Assembly: GCA_963786955.1 (NCBI GenBank)
Contig: CAWBAT010000006.1
Coordinates: 64,001-128,000, forward strand
DNA length: 64,000 nt
Direction: 5' to 3'
Source: an uncultured Acidimicrobiia bacterium
GTDB lineage: Bacteria; Acidobacteriota; Terriglobia; Versatilivoradales; Versatilivoraceae
Shown here: piece after piece, positions 34,718 through 44,225 of the stretch
Layout: each line of letters starts with the position of its first letter
Position numbering within the stretch: the stretch's first letter is position 1
The notes under the pieces: model-generated
What the model saw: the letters and a program-made list of their open reading frames with translations, nothing else
Databases searched by the model: none
Told to the model about the DNA's origin: nothing
Program-made: the position numbers and the translations under genes

Positions 34718-35971
34718 ATGCCCCTCTTGCAAGTTCGTGAAAATCTCTCTATCGCTTGGGTAACCGTGCGAACGAACAAATTTCGCTCGTTTCTCACCAT
34801 TCTGGGTGTGGTGATCGGGGTCACCTCGGTGATTACGGTAGCCGCCCTCATTCAAGGCCTCAACAACCTGGTGGCAGACAAGGTGAATCAACTCGGGAGC
34901 CGCGTGTTCTTTGTCACTCGCATCCCTCCCCTCGTATTTTCCAGGCCTTCTGAGAAGATACGACAGCGCAAATACCTTCGCTATGAAGACTCGCGGGCCA
35001 TCGCGGAACAATGCCCTTCCATCCAAACGGCCACCGCATTTCAACAGCGGGCCGTCTTCATGGGATCTCCAAACCTCGTGAAATATGGCAATGAGAAAGT
35101 CGAAAGCGCCATTCTCAGAGGCGTGGAATCCAGCTTTGCTCGAGTGTTTAGCCTCTTTACCATCCGGGATGGCCGCTTCATCAGTGAGTTCGACAATGAA
35201 CACGCTGGAAAGGTATGCAATATTGGCGCCGGGATCGTGGATACACTATTCCCCTTAACTGACCCGGTGGGAAAAGAGATCAGTGTGAATGGAGATTCTT
35301 TCACCGTTGTCGGGACGTACGAACGGGAGCCAGGCCTGTTTGGAGGGCCGGGTGTCGATCAGTTTGTCGTTATCCCGTACAACACATTCCATAGGATGTA
35401 TCCGGAAATCGAGGATCATGTCATTGCCGTCAGTATCCGAGACCCCTCGGAGATGCAAAAGGCACAAGACGAAGTGACCGATGTCCTAAGGCGACGACGG
35501 AAGGTTCCGAGCCAGGAAGAAAATGACTTTGAGATCGCTTCTCCGGACCTATTGGCCTCAATCTGGCAGCAGCTCACCGGGGCCATCGTCATTTTGACTA
35601 TGCTCATCTCCTCCATTGGCTTGCTGGTTGGAGGGATTGGGGTTATGAACATCATGCTGGTTTCTGTTACGGAGAGAACACGCGAGATTGGGATTCGCAA
35701 AGCCGTCGGTGCGCAGCGACGGGATATATTGCAGCAATTCCTGATTGAGGCCATGACCTTGACAGGCGCCGGAGGAGTGATTGGAATTCTTTTGGGGGCC
35801 ATCATCAGTTATACGGTCAAGAGACTCGTCCCTTCCCTGCCCGCCCAAGTCTCCGTGTTTTGGATTGTTTTGGCTTTCGCCGTTTCGGTGGGGGTGGGAC
35901 TCTTCTTCGGTATTTTCCCCGCAAAGCGAGCTGCCGACCTCGACCCCATCGTCGCCCTTCGCTATGAATGA
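34718..35971 (+). CDS. MacB/FtsX-family ABC transporter permease
   Basis: Intact 417 aa; NKFRSFLTILGVVIG, GGIGVMNIMLVSVTERTREIGIRKAVGA, LDPIVALRYE. Confidence 0.94.
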   Translation: MPLLQVRENLSIAWVTVRTNKFRSFLTILGVVIGVTSVITVAALIQGLNNLVADKVNQLGSRVFFVTRIPPLVFSRPSEKIRQRKYLRYEDSRAIAEQCPSIQTATAFQQRAVFMGSPNLVKYGNEKVESAILRGVESSFARVFSLFTIRDGRFISEFDNEHAGKVCNIGAGIVDTLFPLTDPVGKEISVNGDSFTVVGTYEREPGLFGGPGVDQFVVIPYNTFHRMYPEIEDHVIAVSIRDPSEMQKAQDEVTDVLRRRRKVPSQEENDFEIASPDLLASIWQQLTGAIVILTMLISSIGLLVGGIGVMNIMLVSVTERTREIGIRKAVGAQRRDILQQFLIEAMTLTGAGGVIGILLGAIISYTVKRLVPSLPAQVSVFWIVLAFAVSVGVGLFFGIFPAKRAADLDPIVALRYE

Positions 35972-36250
35972 TGTTTTTGGTAGCCACGATGAATCGCTTT
36001 TAAGTTCATCGTGGGCTTTTCTCGTCCCCCCTTCTTTCCAAAGGGAGACTTCAGGGGGGTGGCTTTTCAAACATGTCGATCGACCCTCATTTATGGAGGT
36101 AAAATGGGGCAGGACTAAGGGAAGTGCTGATCCGTGCCCTGCCCTCTACCTAACAGCACATACATCGGTAATTGAACTCAGAGTCATCAAAACGCCCTCG
36201 GATGCGGGTTCTCTTTGGAGTATCCTTTGTGATGAGGGAGGTTATCCATC

Positions 36251-36865
36251 ATGTCGAACAAAACGCATTGGGAGAACATTTACCGCACCAAGAACGCGAC
36301 ACAGGTTAGCTGGTTTCAAGAACATGCAGATTTATCGATGCGCTTCATACGAGGAACCAGGGTTGGGAAGACCGCTCAGATCATAGACGTCGGTGGGGGC
36401 ACCTCCACCCTGGTCGATGACCTGCTTGCTACAGGCTATGAGAACATCACTGTCCTCGATATTTCAGGGGCTGCGTTGAGCCGAGCTCAAGAACGACTTG
36501 GCGCCCTTGGATCGAGAGTTACATGGATTGAAGCTGACATCACGCAGGTCGATCTTCCGCCAGACTTCTATGCTGTGTGGCATGATCGAGCGGTCTTTCA
36601 CTTTCTTACGCGAGCTGAGGACCGTATTCGCTACGTCCAGGCGGTGAAGCGCTCCGTGAAGACGGGTGGCCATGTTATCGTGGCTTCATTTGGGCTTGGT
36701 GGGCCTGAGCATTGCAGTGGGTTAGACGTCGTTCGATATTGCTCTGAAACCATGCATGACGAGTTTGGACACGACTTCGAGCTAGTTGCTTCTACAGATG
36801 AAACCCATCACACGCCATTTGGTACAGATCAACAGTTTATCTACTGCTACTGCCGGAAGGCTTAG
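36251..36865 (+). CDS. Class I SAM-dependent methyltransferase
   Basis: IIDVGGG motif I, LDIS, WHDRAVFHFL, GPEHCSGL; RBS GGAGG. Confidence 0.92.
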   Translation: MSNKTHWENIYRTKNATQVSWFQEHADLSMRFIRGTRVGKTAQIIDVGGGTSTLVDDLLATGYENITVLDISGAALSRAQERLGALGSRVTWIEADITQVDLPPDFYAVWHDRAVFHFLTRAEDRIRYVQAVKRSVKTGGHVIVASFGLGGPEHCSGLDVVRYCSETMHDEFGHDFELVASTDETHHTPFGTDQQFIYCYCRKA

Positions 36866-37010
36866 AACACCGCTCTAAGTGCAGCGAGATAACATAGAGC
36901 TTCCAGGCGGCTTTTTTATCTGAAGTGTTAAAATGTCATTGGCAATCTAAACGCTACTCGGCTAGGTCATGGTCGGGTTCGGGCGCCGCCTATCAACTTA
37001 ATAAAGCGAC

Positions 37011-37145
37011 ATCGCCCACTTCGAGCAAAAGATCCAGGCCACTCTTTCCCGCATCTGGAACGAGGACGAAAGCGCCAACGGCGCGAAACCATACCAGCCT
37101 GGGGCAACGCCCCAGGAAAACAACCCGAAACCAAACAAGGGCTGA
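37011..37145 (+). pseudogene. 3' remnant resembling the C-terminus of a restriction-modification N-6 methylase / specificity-subunit fusion
   Basis: Startless frame IAHFEQKIQATLSRIWNEDE..., similar to the ..RFEKKIQATLARIWGE.. ends I recall from such proteins. Confidence 0.45.
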
Positions 37146-37704
37146 AAGCCCGTTCCATTCCATGTCCCAATCACTCGACAACATCCTGCTGCACCTTGTC
37201 TTCAGCACGAAGGATCGCTTCCCCTGTCTTGGCGCGTCCGTCCGCCCCGCGCTCCACACCTATCTCGCCGCAGTGGTCCGCAACGCGGGATGCGAATGTC
37301 CCCGGGCCGGGGGTGTGGCGGATCACGTTCACCTGGCCGTCCAACTTTCGCGGACGATCACGGTCGCGGCTTTGGTTGAGGAGCTGAAGACCTCGTCATC
37401 GAAATGGCTCAAGACTCAATCGCCCGAGCTTTGCGGCTTCGCATGGCAACGTGGTTACGGTGTGTTCTCCGTGGGGCCGTCCGATTTGGATGCGCTACTG
37501 GATTACATCGACAATCAAGATGAGCATCATCGAACACGGACGTTCCAGGACGAGTATCGGGCATTTCTCACGAAATATCGGGTAGCATATGACGAACGAT
37601 ATGTCTGGGTCTGACCTATGGAACGGGCATTCAGCCCTTGACGCTTCTCATTCGGTAACCTGGGGCGTTGCCCCAGGCTTTTATTTCATCGGGGCGTTGC
37701 CCCT
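37071..37704 (+). mobile_element. Y1 transposase element with about 85-bp imperfect inverted, multi-hairpin flanks
   Basis: Left AGCCTGGGGCAACGCCCCAGG and CAAGGGCTGAAAGCCCGTTCCAT are mirrored on the right by ATGGAACGGGCATTCAGCCCTTG and CCTGGGGCGTTGCCCCAGGCT. Confidence 0.75.
37162..37614 (+). CDS. tnpA: IS200/IS605-family (Y1/HUH) transposase
   Basis: MSQSL..HLVFSTKDR, HUH motif DHVH, FAWQRGYG.FSV, catalytic YIDNQDEHH. Confidence 0.92.
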   Translation: MSQSLDNILLHLVFSTKDRFPCLGASVRPALHTYLAAVVRNAGCECPRAGGVADHVHLAVQLSRTITVAALVEELKTSSSKWLKTQSPELCGFAWQRGYGVFSVGPSDLDALLDYIDNQDEHHRTRTFQDEYRAFLTKYRVAYDERYVWV

Positions 37705-38078
37705 CCAACTCCCACTCGCCAATGCGATCCAGGCGTATCAATAGAAGCCGGTGTGCGGCAAGGTCGTTCTCGCCATAATCCCGTGATGGGACTTTTTCTG
37801 CCGAGGAACCGCTGGCCTGCCGCGTAATCCCCGCTGAATTGTTTTGGGGAAAGTGAGGTCGGACCAAATATCGTTGACACAAGAATCTGGTCTGCATAAA
37901 ATCCCTGCTCCGTTGCGGTATACACCACGGGTTTAAACCGCGCAGTTTCTACTAGGACGACACCGTCCTCACTGCGATTCGCTCTCTCTCCAGGAAACTC
38001 GCCTTGATTACCAGCAGCGCGGCAGGGCCTGTTATCAGCCGCAGTTCCGCGGCGGTAGCATCCCCTATAACGTGGTGA

Positions 38079-38276
38079 ACTCCCCTGGGCACGATTGTTA
38101 AAGTGACCAGCCTGAAGAACAACGATAGTGTCGTCGTCCGTATCAATGATCGTGGACCCCATGGACCCAAAACCGAGATCATCGACGTTTCCGGCCGAGC
38201 GGCACAGGACCTCGATATGATCAAGGACGGCAGAGCCAAAGTTAAGCTTGAAGTCATTGAAGCCGCAAAGAAGTAA
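38079..38276 (+). pseudogene. rlpA: 5'-truncated RlpA-family (DPBB) lytic transglycosylase
   Basis: TPLGTIVKVTSLKNNDSVVVRINDRGPH..IIDVSGRAAQDLDMIKDG.AKVKLEVI. An in-frame stop lies directly upstream, and I did not find the ASWYG...TAAH half. Confidence 0.8.
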
Positions 38277-38356
38277 GGGATACTGCCCTGCCCGGCGCGG
38301 GCAGGCCGCAGTTGTTCTCAACCGAACGCATTTTAAAAAACAAAGGAGGAAAGTTT

Positions 38357-38560
38357 ATGCAATGGCAGATTATTGCGTTGAATTACATCTACGCTGGACT
38401 GGGATTAGTATTGATGTTTCTGGCCTACAAGATTTTCGATTGGCTATCGCCGAAAATCGACTTTGAAGACGAACTCAAGAAAGGGAACATTGCAGTCGCG
38501 ATATTTATCGCATCCATTTTCATCACGATCGGGATGGTCATTGGAGGAGCACTGAAATGA
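38357..38560 (+). CDS. DUF350 small membrane protein
   Basis: Two TM helices around DWLSPKIDFEDELKKGNIAVAI; RBS AGGAGG. Confidence 0.85.
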   Translation: MQWQIIALNYIYAGLGLVLMFLAYKIFDWLSPKIDFEDELKKGNIAVAIFIASIFITIGMVIGGALK

Positions 38561-39186
38561 GAAGGAGCTTCCTTTTTCTCATCTTGGCGTTGCTCTCCTC
38601 ATCGAGTGCATGGGCTCAAAAAGGGATGCCCAGCACCTATGATGAGATCTTTCGCAAGTATTCGAAGCAATACTTTGGAGTGGGCTTCGATTGGAAGGTC
38701 TTTAAAGCACAGGCCATGACGGAAAGTAATCTCAACCCAGAAGCCAAGAGCTGGGTTGGAGCCAAGGGTCTCATGCAACTCATGCCGGCAACCTATCAAG
38801 AGATACAAACCAAGAATCCGGATATCGGCGAAATCAATGATCCCAGATGGAATATCGCCGCCGGCATTTTTTATGACAGAAAGTTATGGAACGCCTGGAC
38901 GGAACATGACTCCCTCACCGACCGCTTAAGCTTTGTCTTGAGCAGTTACAACGCCGGAAGGGGGACTATCTTGAAAGCACAGGGCACAGCGGAAAAGGAG
39001 GGGCTCAATTCAAAAACATGGACCAGCGTGGAAAGCATTGCCCCCCGAGTACCTCGCTGGAGGTATGAAGAGACGCTCAACTACGTACGAAGAATTCAGG
39101 GATTCTATACAGACTTATCGAAGCGCAACGGATTTGAAGGTCTGCTGAATAATCCGGAGAGTAGTAGCCCGGAGGCTAAGAAGTAA
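38557..39186 (+). CDS. Secreted lytic transglycosylase (SLT domain, MltF-like)
   Basis: Catalytic TES, GAKGLMQLMP, SYNAG, ETLNYV; signal peptide; ATGA overlap with the DUF350 gene. Confidence 0.92.
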   Translation: MRRSFLFLILALLSSSSAWAQKGMPSTYDEIFRKYSKQYFGVGFDWKVFKAQAMTESNLNPEAKSWVGAKGLMQLMPATYQEIQTKNPDIGEINDPRWNIAAGIFYDRKLWNAWTEHDSLTDRLSFVLSSYNAGRGTILKAQGTAEKEGLNSKTWTSVESIAPRVPRWRYEETLNYVRRIQGFYTDLSKRNGFEGLLNNPESSSPEAKK

Positions 39187-39245
39187 AGATACCAATAAAA
39201 ACCTAGATCTAAACAAACCAGTCAACCCTCTGGCCGGGGAGAAAC

Positions 39246-39353
39246 ATGCCAATTCTTATCAAGACGTTACTCAGCGCAGTGCTTATCATCGGCTGCGCAA
39301 AAACGCAGGTAGCGCAAGCCCTGCCTGCCGTTACCGTATTCGGGATAAAGTGA
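39246..39353 (+). CDS. Possible 35-aa lipoprotein-like peptide or gene remnant
   Basis: RBS GGAG, then MPILIKTLLSAVLIIGCAKTQVAQALPAVTVFGIK* with a lipobox-like IIGC. Confidence 0.3.
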   Translation: MPILIKTLLSAVLIIGCAKTQVAQALPAVTVFGIK

Positions 39354-39549
39354 GGACAACCAAGCCAAGTATCCCTGCGACCGTTTCTTGGGTAGGCACG
39401 ATTGATGCGTATCTTTCATCAATCGTGGATCTCTGGATAGAACCATCGATAAACGCAACTGCGTGTTTGTCGTGGCTACGAAGGCCACCAGATTAAACGA
39501 GATCAAAATGTTCAGAGTGCGTTTGTATTAGAAGAACGCTCAAAAGTTA

Positions 39550-40422
39550 ATGACTCTACAAACCTTCATTCCCCTCGCGCTGAAAGCGAGCATTCTTCTC
39601 AACGTCTTTGCCATTGGGCTTAGAGCCAGTCTGCAGGACGCAACCTACCTGTTTCGCAGGCCCGGTCAACTCGTTCGTGCGCTGCTGGCCATGAACCTGC
39701 TGATGCCCTTGTTCGCCGTCGCCCTGGCAGTCCTATTTGATCTGAATCCGGCAGTAAAGATTGCGCTGGTAGCCCTGTCTGTTTCACCAATCCCTCCCGT
39801 GCTCCCGATAAAAATGATGAAAGCAGGAGGCACCAAGTCGTACTCGATTGGGGTGCTCGTGGCCGCAGGCCTTCTGGCAATCCTCTTCGTGCCCGCCGCG
39901 ATGGAGGTACTCCAGCGCGTGTTTGGGGTACCGCTGCAGATGACTGTGGCATCGATTGCCGCCCTCATCTTGAAGACGGTGCTGCTCCCCCTCGCTCTCG
40001 GTATTGTTCTACACAGCTTTGTCCCCGCCCTGGCTGAGCGCCTGGCAAAACCAATTTCACAGGTCGGTAGTGTAGGAGTGCTGGGGTGCGGCCTGATCAT
40101 TTTGTTTACGGCAGCGCCGCATATTCTGGCGCTCATTGGCAGTGGCACCCTTATCGCACTTGCTGCCTTTGTGCTTGTCGGGCTGGCGATTGGCCATTGG
40201 CTCGGGGGGCCAGAAGCGGAAAATCGCACGGCGTTGGCTTTCTCGACGGCTTTCCGTCATCCGGGAATTGCCATTGCCCTGGCACACGCAAACTTTCCGC
40301 AGCAAAAACTTGCCATGGCAGCGGTGCTTCTCTATCTGCTCATCAACACAATCGTTGCAGTGCCGTATCATTTCTGGACCAAGCGCCGCGGGGCGGCCGT
40401 CGCGAGTGCGGTGAAGGCATGA
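39550..40422 (+). CDS. Bile acid:sodium symporter (SBF/BASS) family transporter
   Basis: Multi-TM protein with RRPGQLVRALLAMNLLMP and GGP...RTALAFSTAFRHPGIA. Confidence 0.8.
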   Translation: MTLQTFIPLALKASILLNVFAIGLRASLQDATYLFRRPGQLVRALLAMNLLMPLFAVALAVLFDLNPAVKIALVALSVSPIPPVLPIKMMKAGGTKSYSIGVLVAAGLLAILFVPAAMEVLQRVFGVPLQMTVASIAALILKTVLLPLALGIVLHSFVPALAERLAKPISQVGSVGVLGCGLIILFTAAPHILALIGSGTLIALAAFVLVGLAIGHWLGGPEAENRTALAFSTAFRHPGIAIALAHANFPQQKLAMAAVLLYLLINTIVAVPYHFWTKRRGAAVASAVKA

Positions 40423-40452
40423 AAAGCCTGCAAATCTGAAGGGAGAAACTTA

Positions 40453-41650
40453 ATGTCGATTCATGCACCAACAGTAACAAAAGAGTTTTTCATGCTGCCG
40501 CGCGGCGCTACGAGGGATGAAAATGAGTCCCCTCCGTTGGAGGGGTGTAGGAGTGGGTTGGCACCACGGGAGGACCCACCCCTGAAGGCTAAAGCCTTCT
40601 CCCTTCCCAAGAGGGGATTTTCAAGGGACACCCCCCACAGGCTTATGCCTGCCGCCCCCCTTCGAGGGGGGATTTTCAGCGCAAACCGCCGTTCGTGGCA
40701 CAGGTATTCTCTCGGTCATCCTGCCATCACTGCGGGTTGCCGTTTTCCTGACGCAGGGTATCGGAATCCTGCTGCCCGGTCGGGCGCTGGCCCAAGGCGA
40801 GGGTCCGAAGACGTACCAGCCGGCGCCCGACGGTACAAATGTTTTAGTGGTTACGTACATGAATTTGTCGACCAACATGAACTTCAACCAGTCCGCCGCA
40901 CTGAGAGACGCAAACATCAACATCAATCTCGTGGTGCCGACCTACAAGCATTTTTTCTCCGTGGGCGGTCATCTTGCGGAGTTTGTTGTCTCGCCGATCA
41001 TGGGTACCCTGGACGGCTCGGTCGCTGTCGCAAACCGTGAAATCAACGTGCCTCGGCAGACCGGCTTCTTCGACTCGTACGTCGGTGTTCGCGTGGGACT
41101 TTATGGGGCTCCCGCCCTGAAGCTGCCGGAGTTCATGAAGCACAAGCAGGGCCTCCAGATCTACGGCATTTTTGGCACCTACCTGCCGGTGGGCAAGTAC
41201 GATAGCTCGAACCCGGTGAATCTGGGAACCAACCGTTGGACATTTCGAACTGGCGCGGCGTTCGTTAAGCCGTTTGGGAAACCAACTCGGCCGGTTGCTC
41301 TTGAGGTAGTCCCGACTATTTCTTTCTTTACGGCCAATAACGACCCATTTGGACCAGCCCTTGAGACAACACAGAAACCGCTTTTTCAGATCGAGAACCA
41401 TGTCTCGTACAACCTGACCAAGAAGTTCTGGGGATCTTTAAATGCACGCTACCAGGTTGGCGCCGAAACAGAAACGGATGGTGTAAACCAGGACAATACT
41501 CTTAATCAGCTTGGCGGCGGTTTCACCGGCGGCTATCAGTTCACGCCTAAGTTCTCGGTTCAGGTGGGGTATGGATGGGTCTGGTTTAAGGGCGGGAACG
41601 ACGACAGCAAGTCAAATATGGTGCGGATCCGTGCCGTCTACGTATTCTGA
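40453..41650 (+). pseudogene. Outer-membrane beta-barrel of the MetA-pathway/SphA type, 5' end interrupted by an inserted element
   Basis: RBS and ATG at 40453; the body frame resumes at 40673 (..RALAQGEGPKTY..), with PVGKYDSSNPVNLGTNRW and C-terminal YVF. Confidence 0.75.
40487..40678. mobile_element. About 186-bp MITE-like palindromic element bounded by direct TTTTCA repeats
   Basis: TTTTCA at 40487 and 40673; internal hairpins TTTTCAT..ATGAAAA, CCCCTCC..GGAGGGG and CCCCCC..GGGGGG; related modules near 34430-34530, 36026-36060 and 49850-49905. Confidence 0.65.
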
Positions 41651-41735
41651 GACGGCAACGCCATGAAGCTTAAAACGTGAAACATTTTTCTCGGATGGAC
41701 AGCCGAATTCGGAAGGAATCCAAGGGAGGCTTGAC

Positions 41736-44111
41736 ATGAAAATGAAACCAAACACACTGAAAACCATCATCGCTTCCCTCAGCCTCGCGCTGGGAGCGGT
41801 GTTCGCGTCAACGGCGGTAGCGCAGGAAATTCTGCCCTTCCCGCCCACCCCGTCTGCTTCCACGGCGGGACTGACGATGAAAGATTCCACCTACAAAAAG
41901 CGCGTCGAGCCGAAGCACCTGGCCGAAGGTGCACCGAACATTTTGATTATCCTGATGGACGACGTGGGACCGGGCACGCCCTCGACCTACGGCGGCGAGA
42001 TCAACACACCGACGCTCGACCGGGTGTCGAAGATGGGGATTTCTTTCAACCGTTTTCACTCCACCGCCATGTGCTCGCCCACGCGGGCTTCACTGCTCAC
42101 CGGGCGCAATCACACCTTTGTCGGCAATGGCCAGATCTCGGCGATTGCCAACGATTTTGACGGCTTCAGCGGGATCATCCCCAAGTCGTCAGCGACCGTC
42201 GCGGAAGTGCTCAAAGATTACGGCTACAACACCGGGGCCTGGGGCAAGTGGCACAACACACCCGAAGAGCAGATCACGGACAAAGGGCCGTTCGACTATT
42301 GGCCGACGGGTTATGGGTTCGAGTATTTCTATGGATTCCTCGCTGGTGAGGCCTCGCAGTATGAACCGACCCTGACGCGCAACACCACCCAGGTCACCGA
42401 AGAGAAACGAAAAGGCTACCACCTCACCGAGGACATCGCGGAGGACGCGGTTAAATGGCTCCGCGAACAGAAAGCCTACGCACCGGACAAGCCGTTCTTC
42501 ATATACTGGGCGCCGGGCGCTTCGCATGGCCCGCACCAGATCATGAAAGAGTGGGCCGACAAGTATAAGGGCAAGTTCGACGACGGCTGGGACAAGTACC
42601 GCGAGCGCACCTTCGCGCGGGCTAAAGCCATGGGCTGGATTCCGCAGAACGCGCAACTTACGCCGCGCCCCGCTTCCATGGCCTCCTGGGACTCCATCCC
42701 CGAGGCAGAGAGACCATTCCAGCGCCGCCTCATGGAGGTCTTCGCCGGGTTTACAGAGCACGCCGACTATAACGCCGGCCGGGTCATCGACGAGATCGAG
42801 AAGGAAGGCAAGCTGAACAATACATTGATCTTCTACATCTGGGGCGACAACGGCTCCTCCTCAGAGGGCCTGAACGGCACCATCAGCGAGCAACTGGCTC
42901 AGAACGGAATTCCGACCAAGATCTCGCAGCATATCGAGGCGTTGAATCAGCTCGGCGGCCTTGATGCTCTCGGCGGCCCCAAGACCGACAACATGTTCCA
43001 CGCCGGATGGGCGTGGGCGGGCAGCACTCCATACCAGGGCACCAAACTCATGGGTGCCTACTTCGGCGGCATCCGCCAGCCGATGGCCGTCGCCTGGCCG
43101 AACCGCATCAAGGCAGATCCGACGCCCCGGCCGCAGTTCCACCATGTCATCGACATTGTGCCGACGATCTACGAACTGACGAAGATCACGCCTCCACGCG
43201 TTGTCAACGGATTCGAACAGGACCCGATCGCCGGCGTCAGTATGGTCTATTCGTTTGGCGATCCCAAGGCAAAGGGCACGCGAACGACCCAGTTCTTTGA
43301 CATCATGGCCAGCCGCGGGATCTACCATGACGGCTGGTTCGCGAGCGCCCCGGGTCCGCGTGAGCCGTGGGTTAGCGGAATGCCGAAGGGAATTAAGGAA
43401 TGGTCGCCCCTGACGGACAAGTGGGAGCTCTACAACATTGATGAGGACTGGAGCCAGGCGAGCGACCTCGCCGCCACAAACCCCAAGAAACTCGAGGAGA
43501 TGAAGTTGCTCTTCCTGCTCGAATCCACCAAGAACAAGAACCTCCCCATTGGCGGCGGCATGTGGTCCACAGCCATGTTTCATCCGGAGGACGCTCCCGC
43601 ACCGTCCCTTACCGAATGGAGCTTTGATGCGCCTATTACCCGAATGCCGGAATCGGCTGCTCCCAAGCTGGGAAAGAATAGCAGCCTGGTGACCATGGAA
43701 TTGGACGTGCCGGCGAACGCGAACGGCGTGCTGTACGCGCTGGCTGGTTTTTCCGGAGGCGTTACGTGCTACATGAAGGACGGCGTCCTCAGTTACGAGT
43801 TCAACCTGTTCGAGGTGCAGCGCACGAAGATCAAGGCCAAGGACAAGCTGCCCTCAGGCAAAGTAAAAGTAGAGGTCGAATCGAAGCTGGCCGCCAAGAT
43901 CGGTGGGCCGATGGATGTCACGCTGAAGGTGAATGGCAACGTCGTGGCGCAGGGCCGGGTGCCGGCCGCCATGTCGCTCCACTTCACCTCCAATGCGACA
44001 TTCGATATCGGAGTCGACCTGGATTCACCTGTGTCGCTCGACTACTTCGACCAGGCGCCGTTTGCCTTCAATGGGACGATCGGTAAGACGAAGATCTCGT
44101 ATCTAAAGTAG
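41736..44111 (+). CDS. Arylsulfatase (Cys-type, long form with C-terminal beta-sandwich)
   Basis: PNILIILMDDVG, CSPTRASLLTG, GKWH, GDNG; Sec-type signal peptide. Confidence 0.95.
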   Translation: MKMKPNTLKTIIASLSLALGAVFASTAVAQEILPFPPTPSASTAGLTMKDSTYKKRVEPKHLAEGAPNILIILMDDVGPGTPSTYGGEINTPTLDRVSKMGISFNRFHSTAMCSPTRASLLTGRNHTFVGNGQISAIANDFDGFSGIIPKSSATVAEVLKDYGYNTGAWGKWHNTPEEQITDKGPFDYWPTGYGFEYFYGFLAGEASQYEPTLTRNTTQVTEEKRKGYHLTEDIAEDAVKWLREQKAYAPDKPFFIYWAPGASHGPHQIMKEWADKYKGKFDDGWDKYRERTFARAKAMGWIPQNAQLTPRPASMASWDSIPEAERPFQRRLMEVFAGFTEHADYNAGRVIDEIEKEGKLNNTLIFYIWGDNGSSSEGLNGTISEQLAQNGIPTKISQHIEALNQLGGLDALGGPKTDNMFHAGWAWAGSTPYQGTKLMGAYFGGIRQPMAVAWPNRIKADPTPRPQFHHVIDIVPTIYELTKITPPRVVNGFEQDPIAGVSMVYSFGDPKAKGTRTTQFFDIMASRGIYHDGWFASAPGPREPWVSGMPKGIKEWSPLTDKWELYNIDEDWSQASDLAATNPKKLEEMKLLFLLESTKNKNLPIGGGMWSTAMFHPEDAPAPSLTEWSFDAPITRMPESAAPKLGKNSSLVTMELDVPANANGVLYALAGFSGGVTCYMKDGVLSYEFNLFEVQRTKIKAKDKLPSGKVKVEVESKLAAKIGGPMDVTLKVNGNVVAQGRVPAAMSLHFTSNATFDIGVDLDSPVSLDYFDQAPFAFNGTIGKTKISYLK

Positions 44112-44225
44112 TGGCAATAATCCAAGGGTAGTTTATAAAACCGATCTGAAGCTCGCGGGCGACGGGCGCTCGAAGTGCTGTACCTGGAACGTTAGAACGG
44201 GGCGCTCAAGTAAAGGAGAAATAGG

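Noticed and set aside
36925-37161. N-terminal extension of tnpA
   Set aside because: It translates the flanking repeat; the family-typical start is MSQSL at 37162.
40453-41040. 195-aa ORF as an independent protein
   Set aside because: It is read-through across the inserted palindromic element, out of frame with the real barrel gene.
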